A stretch of 64,000 bases of DNA from Minutocellus sp. GHC0000111 (Eukaryota), in the NCBI GenBank assembly GCA_977018835.1, contig OZ361256.1:4712001-4776000 (forward strand), read 5' to 3'. Position numbers and translations under genes: made by a program. Shown here piece after piece: positions 39,746-51,900 of this stretch (positions are counted from its first letter, which is position 1; each line of letters opens with the position of its first letter). The notes below the pieces were generated by a model that worked only from the letters and a program-made list of their open reading frames with translations, was not told the DNA's origin and did not search any database.

Positions 39746-40342
39746 TCAAATGTACTTGTAAATGGAATCACCCTCATCAAAATCAAGCTCATACAACTCG
39801 CGCTTGAACAAGGGCAGTTTCTTCGCATCAAGCCCGCCACTGGCCTTTCCTCTGGCCCCATTCCTATCGCCGCCAATGACAGGACGGAACTCGCATATGT
39901 TGTGCAGGATCTTGTCGTTGTTGCGAGCGTCCTGCTCCCATTTCCGATGGTTGTACGCCGGTTTGGCCTCTTGAATACGCTGGAGGATATTGAGATTGTC
40001 CTTGTTGATCCTTGCCACCTCTCTCTTCCGGCGATCAATGTTGAGCGAATGGCCGTGCTGCGCGGACCTGTTATTGTTATCAATGGCACCCTTGGACCGC
40101 ATAATGTGACTCATCTTTTGCAGCAGAATGCGATTCTCCGTCTCAATGGTTTTGATCCTATCCTCAATCAAGGCATTCTTCTTGGCCTTTGTGCGTAGAT
40201 GACTGCCCGCACGAGGGGCCTTGTTATCGACCGACGATTTCATGTCTCGCAGCTTCTTCTTGTGGAGCTCCTGACATCGTCGGATATGCCGCTCCATGCA
40301 GGCCTTGTTTTGGACTGGAATGGCCTTCCTTCCTCGGTCCAT
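39746..40342 (-). CDS. CFAP97/Hemingway-family cilia-associated protein
   Basis: HKKKLRDMKSSVDN.AP, IETENRILLQKM, SLN...RKREV.RI..DN..ILQRI...KP.Y...W. Confidence 0.75.
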   Translation of the reverse strand: MDRGRKAIPVQNKACMERHIRRCQELHKKKLRDMKSSVDNKAPRAGSHLRTKAKKNALIEDRIKTIETENRILLQKMSHIMRSKGAIDNNNRSAQHGHSLNIDRRKREVARINKDNLNILQRIQEAKPAYNHRKWEQDARNNDKILHNICEFRPVIGGDRNGARGKASGGLDAKKLPLFKRELYELDFDEGDSIYKYI

Positions 40343-40638
40343 CGTATTGTGGGATTAAGGTACGGGGACGGGGAGGGGACGGGATACTGCAACTGTAAGG
40401 TAAGCGGTAACAATAGTACAATGACATTCCAGAGTGAGGTCCTTGGGCGGTGCATGATTGGAAGTTGTCGGGAAGAAAAATTGTTTTTCACCGAATACGA
40501 TTTTCCTTGAGATCTACAGGCTCTGCCGCGTCAGTGATTGGTAATCTAACAAGCGGAAGCAAAGGGCCGAAGGAGCCACTTTCGTTCTCCCACTATTCTC
40601 CCAGGCAATTGAGGTTTCTCGCACACCGCCCGACTCAA

Positions 40639-41373
40639 ATGTACTCCACAAAGACCATTCATAAAAACCTCAATACCAATTACAAGGCATCGTACACTTC
40701 CATTGGTGACCCCTACAAGAGCTCCATCGAAAAGCTCCCTTCTCGATACCGCAGCAAACAATTTGTTACACAACGTTATCCAAAGAATGCCGATGCTGGC
40801 TTCTTCACCAAGCTGAATTATGTAGAGGAGGAGTATAATGATAACGCCGAAAAATATTCCGAAACCTTCCCATTGGATGAACGGAAGCTTGGATTTGGCT
40901 CCAGGGATGCAAACAAGAGGGGGGAATTCACTTCCACCAAGGCTACCGATAGGTTCCGAGAGACTCTCAAGCAGGAATTCAAGGCAATGCGAAGCAAGGA
41001 CCTAGCCGCTACTAGGGATGGTAGTGAGGAAAATGCTGAAAAGCAGATCTTGGAGGCGGCTCTACCCCCAGAGCCAGCCGAGCCAAAGAACCGCGAAGGA
41101 GAGAAGCTGAAACTGCCCAAGTATCTCTATGATATCGGACGCACGCAGTGCACTCCCTTCGATCCTCATCATCAAAAGGATCGATTCTACAATATCCCTT
41201 ACCACGCCAAGGTCACAACGATGCAACAAAGCGGGGGTGCCGAAGACATTCGGCGTCTGGGCACCCATGCCCCGATGAGCCAGTCCATCGGCGCGCGAGC
41301 GTGGGCAGTCAAATACACCAAGCCTGAATTCGGTCGGAAGAAGAAAAAAGGCAGACATATTTGGCGAGGGTAG
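40639..41373 (+). CDS. Probable flagellar-associated protein (C4orf47/CFAP96-like)
   Basis: YTSIGDPY, KQFVT and GFGSRDA.KR.EF motifs recalled from cilia proteins; family assignment tentative. Confidence 0.45.
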   Translation: MYSTKTIHKNLNTNYKASYTSIGDPYKSSIEKLPSRYRSKQFVTQRYPKNADAGFFTKLNYVEEEYNDNAEKYSETFPLDERKLGFGSRDANKRGEFTSTKATDRFRETLKQEFKAMRSKDLAATRDGSEENAEKQILEAALPPEPAEPKNREGEKLKLPKYLYDIGRTQCTPFDPHHQKDRFYNIPYHAKVTTMQQSGGAEDIRRLGTHAPMSQSIGARAWAVKYTKPEFGRKKKKGRHIWRG

Positions 41374-41488
41374 GAATGCTTAAGGGTGTTTTGAATGAAG
41401 TTGGCTTGGCGAATAGTGAATTGTATGCATAGATAAACTAGACGCTATATTTTATTTTATAACTAGTACTCAGGGGGAATCCCTACCG

Positions 41489-44400
41489 CTAATCGCCACC
41501 TAACAAACCCACAATCTGGTCAAACCACGACGAGAGAATGTTTTGTGCTTGCGCTAAGTACCCTCTGCCGTCCTCATCCGCTCCGACGGCATCGTTTATG
41601 GCCTTCTTTGAATCTTTCACTTTTTGCTGGGCCTTGACCTTGGTTTTCTTCATCGCTACCTTTACCTTCGCTGCCTCTTTATCCAGGACTGCCTCTGTCT
41701 CGACTTTGGCTTGAAAGACTCGATCGCTGATAGCAACAATACCATTCTTCACCGAATGGAAGACAGGCATTGCTGGTAGACGTGAGGAGATGTATGGCGT
41801 GGCGAACCATCCCGTTGTGATGAAAAGTGGTAGAATGACGAGGAAAAATACAATTCTAGCGGTGCGCTTCTTGCTTGCCGTTGTGACCTTTTTTTCTACC
41901 GCCTTTGACTTTTCAGTCTCCATCTTGGCACGCTTCAACGGTGAAGTGAGCTTGGGAACCATGTCGTTCTCAATGTGTTGCCCCCCAACTCGCTCTACCA
42001 TTGGAGGATCTCGGGACTTGTTCCGGGCGACCTTGCCTTCGGGAATTGCCGACGATGCGTGGAGAGGAATATCTCGGTGTCTGTCAGTGTTCCTCGTAGG
42101 CACCTTGGTGAGAAAGTTGCCGTAGAGCAGCGTCTGTTGGAAGAAAAAGGAACGAGTGGAGCAAAAATAAATGAATGAGGAATAGATTAGAAGCTCGCAC
42201 AGAACAGCCTACTGTACCCCGATATTTAGCCCCACCCCCGCCCCGCGCTTACCACCTGCTTACCTTGATAGCTTTCATCTTTTGGGCCTCCTCTTCTTGG
42301 ATACGAGCGGCCTTAGCAACAACTTCAGCCTGCTCTTTTCGCACTTTGAGCATTGATTCCATCTTCTTCTTCTTTTCCTCTTCGGATAGTCCCTCGAGCT
42401 TGCTATACCAATAATGATCAACCAACCGCATATGAGGACCAAATGTCAACCATACCACCAGACGAGACGTCCATTTGAAGAGGAATGCCCAAGGAACGAA
42501 TAAGAAAATAAATCCCAAAACAAACGATGCCGTGGTAACGATGAAAGACAGATAGCTCTCCTCCCAAATGACAATATTCTTGACAAATCGGAGCCACTCC
42601 ACCGCAATACCAAGATAGATCTGCAATGGGTAAAGGATAAGTTTCATTGGATTGAGATTCGTGACGACCTTCACTGCTGAGCCGCCCGGAATCTTTGCCT
42701 GATCTTTTGAGCTGATGTCGGTATTTGCAGTAGCAGCACCGACAGAGTTCACATGCTGCTCAAATTCTGCCTGCTGAAGCTGCATTTCCTTATTGCGCCT
42801 AGCCACTTCCTCCTCGGCCTCTGCGATACGCTTGTTCCACTTTTCTTCGTACTCTTTCGATTCCTTCTCATTCCGGTGCGGAGCAATGGAAGGTGCAGGC
42901 ATCAGGTTTACCCCGTTGATGGGCATTTGCAAAATTTCGTTGTAGGAACGGCATTGATCCCAGGGGTTTGGACTCTTGAATCGATAGTTTTGCACTGCCA
43001 TCAACAACCAACCAATTGCAAACATTGAAAAAAGTGTTGGCCTCTCGGCCAAAGCAATACCAACCAAGAACATTGCAATGGAATGTAATGGGATGAGAAA
43101 GGAAACTTTCTTGGCGATTCTCATGGGAAATGTGCCCCTCCAAAACAAAAGGCTGACGGCGGCGTCCTCGAGATGATGAAGCATGTATTTGTAGCTTTGC
43201 AATTCATCAACATAAACATTGAGGGTGCGTTCGCTATACTCTTGCATATCTGTCTCTCCTTCAATCGTCTTCTTGGCCACCCTAAAATCAGAAATGTTGC
43301 GAGTATTAATGTAGATCGAGGGTGGAAGGGATAATAGATTTCTGATAATGTTTTGGCGTTCGTCATCAGTTTCAATCCGCAGACGAATGATCAGAGTGCC
43401 TCTAGGCTTTCTGCTGCCGATCTTCGCACTTTTGTAAAGATTGTAGTACAAGATATATTCGGAACCCGGACGGAGATTCGTGAGGTCGACCGATACTCTG
43501 CCGACGAGATCATGGTCGCTACCGCTATCATAGTCGAAGACACCAAGAAAAAGTTGAGAATTAGGATACATTGTGCGCAAAAGAAAGGCGCGCTGCATCC
43601 ATGGCATCAAGCGAGGACTTAGACAATCGTCTATCACATCTGTCTTGGCAAAGATATCTTCGTACACAACAGCAACGAAACTGTCGGTTTTGTTGGATCT
43701 CAAAATTGGAGCTCCAGAAACTCCTGGTGCCAGCTCATCCATGTTCACCATGTTGTCAATCCCATTATTTTCCAAATAGACTCGTCCGAGGTCACCAGAT
43801 CCAATGTCGAGCCAATTTCGTGATTCTCCGATAGCCTCGTTGATGATGACATCATGCGTCATCCATTTCGTCTCAACGGGACGATCAGGATCCGGATGAG
43901 GACGAATCCTGTACAGCTTTTCGTGAGTGTGACGATCAGTCTTGGTATTGCGCTTGATCATTTTGCCCACATTGGTTACTCGAGTACCACCCGATGTTTT
44001 CATGAGCTTGGTATCAGCACTGCTGAAGGCTTGAAGATCGGCTGAATCCTCGCCCTTGGCAATTTCTTCAACAAAACGAACATCATATTGTGTAGCCTCG
44101 CGACATCGGATGACGATTCGCCCCTTCTGCTGCAGAGTTCTGCCGCCAACACCTGGAATACTCTGCTTCAGTCTGGTGAGGTCATATTCCATTCGCTCTC
44201 CTTTAGCACTCATTAGAGCCTCAGAATCGACCTCGGCACTGCCCAGTGTCTCATTCTTGATGGAAACCCGATCATGTTCCTTCACCTTGAAGATCATCTT
44301 GCCCGCTCTCTGCACATCCTTCTTTGGAACCGTGAATAAATTGCCAGTCTTGACGTCCCAGATAGGATTCAACGACGAGGCGATATGCTTCGTTTCGTGG

Positions 44401-44669
44401 ATGTAATCGCGATGACCTTGAAGTTTCACCTTGACGTAGGGATCTGAGCTGAGCAGATCCTCGGCAGGAAGATGCCAGCAGCTGACAATCTCGATGACGA
44501 GCTGATCCGTTGGGGCATCGCCAGGATTCTTTGACGTCGCCATCTTGTTGGTGGCGCTACTTCTGACGGGCGTCGATGGTGGGGTCGAAGCTACCGAATC
44601 GCCATCCGGCGCTCCTGGAACCTTTTCATCGCCAGTAAAGGCGGTCTTGGGCTTGAGAATCGAGGGCAT
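41489..44669 (-). CDS. Multiple-C2-domain transmembrane protein, intron 42134-42263
   Basis: IEIVSCWHLPAEDLLSSDPYVKV, KTDSFVAVVYED, GVFDYD and TM helices; the GTAAGC..AACAG intron joins AIK|TLLYGNFLTKVP in frame. Confidence 0.8.
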
Positions 44670-45068
44670 GATGATATTGACCCAAAAGTAAAATGTTGTT
44701 GACAAGGTACCTAGGTAGGGGCTTTCGAGTCTTTCACCCTCACAATAAATTCCGCGGGCAGGACCGCGCTACTACTAAGTACTATCAAGTAGCTACGTAG
44801 CTAGAAGTAGAGCGCAATATGACCTTTCGACCTTGCTCTGACAGCAACACTTGGCACGGGATACTACGTAGTAGATCTACTCGATACGCGGGATGCTCCC
44901 ATCTTCACCGAGAGCTTTTTCCGAGCGGACCGTACGTACGTACAGCTCACCGTTCTTCCGTCGACCGTCCAGGCGGCAGCAACGGTGCAGCAACGGTGCG
45001 ATGCCCACTTTACCAGTTGGTACCAGCCGCAGACAGAAGAACGTTACGCCGGGGGCGCTCCAAGCATC

Positions 45069-48000
45069 ATGTTCAAGGCTCCCAAGAGAGCCAAGAAGTG
45101 CAAGCAGGTCTTGTCGACGGTGGCCGATTCCTCCAGCGACGAAGAACGCGGCACATCACGTGTCTCACCGTCATCTTCCCGCGACCCCCGCCGAGACAAC
45201 GATGCCGAGGGCAACGACGGAGATGATGGAGGAGAAGGAGGCATCGGTGCCCTCGAGGCGGCACAGATGAAGATCAAGGCACGAAAGGATAGACAAAAGA
45301 AGAAAAAGCAAAAGCGTGGTGCAGTGAGTGCTGGAGTTGGCGGTGGCATGTCCTTTAATCCTGAAGACGACGAAGAAGAAGTGGATGGCTTTGACGATAT
45401 TTCAGGCGGCCGAGACCGCAATGGCAGTAGCAAGAAAGATCGGAAGAAGCAGCGCAAGAAGGACGAAAAGAAAAAGGGAAAGAAGCGAAGTAGTGGAATG
45501 GGGTTCGGCGGGGCCACCATGTCGTTTCATGACGATGATGAGGACGAGGCTCCAGATGCTGTATCTGCTGGTCTAGACAGATTTGGCAAAACTTCATCAG
45601 GCCAGGCAGGTGATGCTGGCGGTGGTTATGCTATCTCTGCTGATGCCGGTTCCATGTATGGTGCGGCGGCATTGGAGGCACTCCGATCCAAACAAAAGGT
45701 ATATGTGGCACCTCGCGGTGATGATGGTGACAAGGGCAGTGGAAGCGAATCGAAGAGCAAGCAGGACACGGCTGCTCCTTCTATGAGCAAAATGGATATA
45801 GACAAAGCTGATACTAGTACCAGCACTTTGAAGTCAAAGGTTCCTGGGTTGGGCGATAGCGAAACAAACTTTATTCCCCTGAATGGCGGGAGCAATATTG
45901 TTGCCGGGGATGATGCTTTGGCCTATATGGAGGAGGGGGACGATGAACGAGAGGGCATGGCCAATCCCCAAGCCGATGCGGCTCGGAGGAAGGACAAGCG
46001 TAAAATGGTGGGTACTGATCGTTTGAGCAATTTGCCAGGCGAAGACAATGATGACGTTGGTGGCGATGGCGGTGTCTTCGGAGGCATAGGACATTCAAAA
46101 TATGCCGAAATTGACGCTGGTGGACGGCAGTGGGAGGATGAGGTCGCTCGTCGTGCTGGCATCAGAAAACAGCGGGACAGTGGTCAGTCTTCATCGCCTG
46201 GAGCTATGCTGGAAACAATGAAAGGCACCATATCCAAGACACTGACACTTCTGCGGCAGCGTCGAGAAGACCTCGAATCATCCCATGATCGGAGACGCAA
46301 TGAGCTCCAGGGGGTGGAAGATGAGCTTCGCCGACAGGAGGAGGATCTTCGAAAAGGCGGAAGTTCGTTTGAGTATTATCAGGAACTCCGTGTTGAGATT
46401 GCCGACTGGGTCGGGGCGCTTCGCAACCTATCGGCCAAGGTTGACACTATCGCCGATACTATTCAAGAACAAGAGGTTAATTCAGCCGAGCAGCAACGGG
46501 TGCGATCAAGGCAAAGAGAAGATGATTTTGCGGCTATTTTGGACTCAAGGTCTCTCTTAGACAGCGTCGTTTCATGACGATGATGAGGACGAGGCTCCAG
46601 ATGCTGTATCTGCTGGTCTAGACAGATTTGGCAAAACTTCATCAGGCCAGGCAGGTGATGCTGGCGGTGGTTATGCTATCTCTGCTGATGCCGGTTCCAT
46701 GTATGGTGCGGCGGCATTGGAGGCACTCCGATCCAAACAAAAGGTATATGTGGCACCTCGCGGTGATGATGGTGACAAGGGCAGTGGAAGCGAATCGAAG
46801 AGCAAGCAGGACACGGCTGCTCCTTCTATGAGCAAAATGGATATAGACAAAGCTGATACTAGTACCAGCACTTTGAAGTCAAAGGTTCCTGGGTTGGGCG
46901 ATAGCGAAACAAACTTTATTCCCCTGAATGGCGGGAGCAATATTGTTGCCGGGGATGATGCTTTGGCCTATATGGAGGAGGGGGACGATGAACGAGAGGG
47001 CATGGCCAATCCCCAAGCCGATGCGGCTCGGAGGAAGGACAAGCGTAAAATGGTGGGTACTGATCGTTTGAGCAATTTGCCAGGCGAAGACAATGATGAC
47101 GTTGGTGGCGATGGCGGTGTCTTCGGAGGCATAGGACATTCAAAATATGCCGAAATTGACGCTGGTGGACGGCAGTGGGAGGATGAGGTCGCTCGTCGTG
47201 CTGGCATCAGAAAACAGCGGGACAGTGGTCAGTCTTCATCGCCTGGAGCTATGCTGGAAACAATGAAAGGCACCATATCCAAGACACTGACACTTCTGCG
47301 GCAGCGTCGAGAAGACCTCGAATCATCCCATGATCGGAGACGCAATGAGCTCCAGGGGGTGGAAGATGAGCTTCGCCGACAGGAGGAGGATCTTCGAAAA
47401 GGCGGAAGTTCGTTTGAGTATTATCAGGAACTCCGTGTTGAGATTGCCGACTGGGTCGGGGCGCTTCGCAACCTATCGGCCAAGGTTGACACTATCGCCG
47501 ATACTATTCAAGAACAAGAGGTTAATTCAGCCGAGCAGCAACGGGTGCGATCAAGGCAAAGAGAAGATGATTTTGCGGCTATTTTGGACTCAAGGTCTCT
47601 CTTAGACAGCATCATTGGGAGGCAGATTCAGCAAATCGAAGAAAACAATACAACTCCCCCAGTGGATGAGTTTGGTCGAGATATTCAGTCGGCAGAGGCT
47701 CTTGCCAGAGAACGGAGGATTGTCCGGCGGAGACGCGTTCGAAAAGAGAGCACGGAAAGGATTGAAATGAGACAGAAAGCCCGACAGCAACGACAGGATG
47801 CTGTCGCCGAAGCAGTAACTTCCGTAGACGATAGTGACGCTGACCTGAGTGACAATGAGCTTGAGGAGCAAATACAGCGCATGGATGCTCTCGAAGAAGC
47901 TTTATTCCTGGCAAAGGATGAGCTCGACGATCGGTACTGCTCCCTCTCTGCGTTGCAAGATTTGTTCCTGTCCTGGTCAAAACATTCGCCAGATGACTAC

Positions 48001-48900
48001 AAACGTTGTTATGCCAAGCTGAGTCTGGTGGATTTATCTGCTGTGCTGGTAAATGCGGAGACATGCACAAAAATCAGCACTCTAAGATGTACCGATGCAT
48101 CGGGGCCCAACATTTACAATGTGACGGACTTTGACTGGGTGGTCACTGCATCAAGCTTTGAAAGATCCGAGACTCCTCAAGAGGACAATGACCAAGACGA
48201 AGAAAAGTCATCCAAGGGCGAAGCAGAGAATAATAGTGGCAGCGACGAAGGCGAGGACAAATTGGTCTGTGCAATATCATGCAAAGTCATTCTACCTTAT
48301 CTGTTGCTACTGCTGGGTGTGGGATCTGACGGACATGCGAGAAAACCACTGTATGATCCATTTTCTTCCCACCAAACAGATATGGTGAAAAGTTTGTTAC
48401 ATTTTCTCAAGGAGATCTACACTGACACCAACGCCCTCCAACTTTGCACCAAGAATATTTTGAATGTCTTCAAGGCCACCATAGAAAGTTCAGCAGTACT
48501 TCTCGTCAAATCTGATGCTTTGAAAGTGCTGGAGGGCAAAGAAATGGACGGCGGAACGGACGAAGACCAACAAACGCTGAAGGATGCTGTGACCTACTCC
48601 ATCTTCGAACAAGCTCATCGACTGCAAAAGCTCTGTGGCAGCGCCGCTTCATTGTCATCTCAACTTGGTGACAAAAGCAAATCGCAGAGAGAGTTGGCTT
48701 CATTGATTTTAATGGAAGTTATCGCAGCCAGATTGCTACCCATCCTTTCGTTGCTTCAAAGTACTGGGATTTCGGGTGCGCAAAGGGCAGACGCCACTCT
48801 TCAAAAGGTAGTCAAGGATATCAAGGAAGCTGGATGGCTTGATGACGAAGCGCTTATGCTGCAGACAGCTCCGATTCGCGCCGCCATAGACAAGGCATAA
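45069..48900 (+). CDS. GCFC2/PAXBP1 (NTR2)-like spliceosome-associated protein, disrupted by an internal tandem duplication
   Basis: QWEDEVARRAG, coiled coil, VDEFGRD and W...PDDYKRCYAKLSL. Confidence 0.65.
45521..47610 (+). repeat. 1045-bp direct tandem duplication (45521-46565 / 46566-47610)
   Basis: Both copies run gtcgtttcatg...cttagacagc, and the six-frame ORFs recur identically at +1045. Confidence 0.95.
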
Positions 48901-48951
48901 GACCAGTTCTTACTCGATAGGTAAAACCGCAAACATTAATGGAGCACTCTA

Positions 48952-51900
48952 TTAGGTCAAATTAAATCTGTCATCCGAGGAACTACTGCTATCGCTGTCA
49001 TCGGTATCCACACCACTGTCGCTGATGCGATTCTGCAAATCCACAATCTTCTCCTCGAGAATTTTTCGGCTACTCTTCAATGTCTTTAGAGATTCAGCGA
49101 GTAGCGAGCTCCTTCGCTGTCGAGGTCTTCGAACTGGTGCACTCCTGGCTGGAACCAAACGCTTTCTTTGGGTCAGAATAAATGTCTCAATCTTTCCGAC
49201 GCTTTTGACATCGACGGGTCCTCTGGACTCGAACTCAAAATCAGATCCAACAAGGTCTACAATGGCCTTGGTGCAATGGATCTTGCCAGGGATACCGGTA
49301 CTCTCCATTCTTGAGGCAAGATTTACCGCCTCGCCCCAAATACTGAAAAAGGCCGAAAAAATATTTATCAAGGAAATGAGAAGGGCGGATAAGTTAGAGG
49401 AGATATTATACAATGATGATTACGAATAGTTGCACGTAAGATCAGATGAAATGGCAGATTGCACTCACTCGTACAAAAATCTCTTCTTTCCAACAACACC
49501 AGCAATCACTGGACCGACATTGATGCCAATGCGTAGGTTGAGGTTTCTTCCTGGATGCTCAATATTGTAAGAGATGAGAGCATCGATCATGTCTAAAGCA
49601 AAATGACACAAATGGGTTATTTCTTCGACTTCGGTGTCTTCGTCGGGATGGGAAGTCACCATATCTGCGGCGTTCAATTTGATATGTTGCGTAAATTGAG
49701 AAAGGGAAGGAAGTGAGACCAAAGGAACTATATCTTTTTCTGAACAATAATATGCAAAATGCAGCATTTACTTACAGCAGTCTCCAATCGTCTTGACTTT
49801 GTTCAGGTCATATCTATCGTGAAAAGAAGGAGAAGAGATAGAGAGTCTTAAGATGAGAAAGAGCAAAGAGGAGGGGGCATAATGTATAAGCACGTGGGAA
49901 GACGAGCTAAAATTCTCCATCGGTTGATCTTACTTATCCACCAGAGCATCAAAGATGCTGAACACTTCGTTGAGCATTTTCACGAGTTCCGTCGGCTTCA
50001 TCTTGCTGGACATCTTGGTGAAGCCGACAAGATCCGCGAACAAGATGGCGACGCTTGGGAAGTGATCCGCAATGTGGCCATTATCAGCCTTGAGCCGAAG
50101 AGCAATGTCTTCAGGTAGCATGTTGAGAAGTAGTAGCTCTGCCTTCTCCATTTCTGTAGAGCACAAGCAATAAAAAAGAAAACGTTTTAGTGGGCCGATT
50201 AATGCACAAGCTTCGCTTGTGTCGTAACGATTAAGAGTAACATCGACTCGACTTACCGATAACTTGATGCCGCTGGGTAAGATCATGAATGTATGCTGCA
50301 AACATCCGCGAGCCGTCGATGTTGCCTGGTATCGATACCTCGGTCACTCCAAGACTAATGGGGAAGAAGCTTCCGTCTCTTCGCATGGCCTCAAGCTCTC
50401 GCTGCTGGCCCAGAATCCTAGCTTCACCGGTGCGCAAGAACCTCTTGATATATCGATCATGCTTCCCCGAATGCTCGGGGCCCATGATCATTTTCTGTTC
50501 AAGCATTTGGGAAGGAGCAACAGTTTTTAAAAACAAAGATGAGACTCAATTAAGATAGAACGACGCATTGGAGCAAAGCAAGAGGGGCAAAGGCCAATCG
50601 ATACTCACAATATTCTGGCCCAAGAATTCGTTTCTTGACCATTGGAACTGTTTCACAGCGGTATCATTGACCAATTTAATGCTCGTCGATTGCGAACATC
50701 GCATCCAGCGATGCTTCGATGAGGCCTTCTTTTAATTCCTGTTTTTCTTTCAGCTCTGCCTCCTGCTTTTTCTGAAGAGATATATCTCTTACAAAGCCAA
50801 CGAACTCTCTCTCTTCTTGTCCGGGCAGCTCTGAGCACTGGAGCTCCGTCAATCCAAGCTCAATTGGGAATTCACTCCCATCGGCTCGCCTCGCCGAGAG
50901 TTCACGTCGGATTCCCATGAAACGTTTTTCACCTGTTCGCAAATATCGCTTGATATATTCTGAATGGTTTACAGCATGGCCTCCGCCCACAATCATCGCA
51001 ATGTCTTGATTCAAAAATTGCTCCTTTGTCCAGCCGAATTGCTTTGTCGCAGCGTTATTTGCCATTGTGATTGTGCCTTTGGAATTAATGGCAAAGACCG
51101 GGTCAAATGATGACTCCAGGATACCTGCGGTAAGGCGCTGCCTTCGTTTGATAGCACTTAAATCCCGAAGGAATCCAGTGAAGAGACGCTCCTCGCCTTC
51201 TTCAGTGCGAACTTCCGTCAAGCCGAGCTCAATCCAAAACTCACTCCCATCCTTTCGCCGCGCCGGCAATTCACGTTTCTTTCCCATTACTCTCTTCTCT
51301 CCCGTGCGCAGAAAGCGCGCCAGATAGCCATCGTGCCGCTCGGCGTGTCCGCCACTGTACGCGAGGGGGGAAATAGGGGAGGGTGAGGCATTTGCGTGAC
51401 AAAGTAGACAGACATTAAATTGCAAGGATCCGCCGGCGCCACTTACCCTACGATTTTGCTAATAATATTTCCCACCAGCTCATCTCTTGTCCAACCAAAC
51501 TGCTCTTCAGCAGCATTATTCACCATCTGGATGATGCCCTTTTCATTTATAGCGAACATCGCATCGAATGTAGCATCGAGTATACCAGCCATGAGACGTT
51601 GCTTCCTCATCACGTCCTTCTGTTGTTCTTTTTCTTTGGATAGATCTCGGATAAAGCCACAGAAAGAACGTTCTTCTCCTTTTCGCACTTGGACTTCAGT
51701 CAGTCCTAACTCAATAGGGAACTCCGACCCATCACGTCGACGGGCCCTCAACTCGCGCTTTTTACCCATTACACGCTTCTCTCCAGTACGCAAATACCGT
51801 TTGATGTAGTTATCGTGATTGGGCGCCCGACCTATATGCATAGAAGCAAAACGGAAGATGGAATGCAAATACAATAGTAAATCAGAAAGGATGCAAGGGG

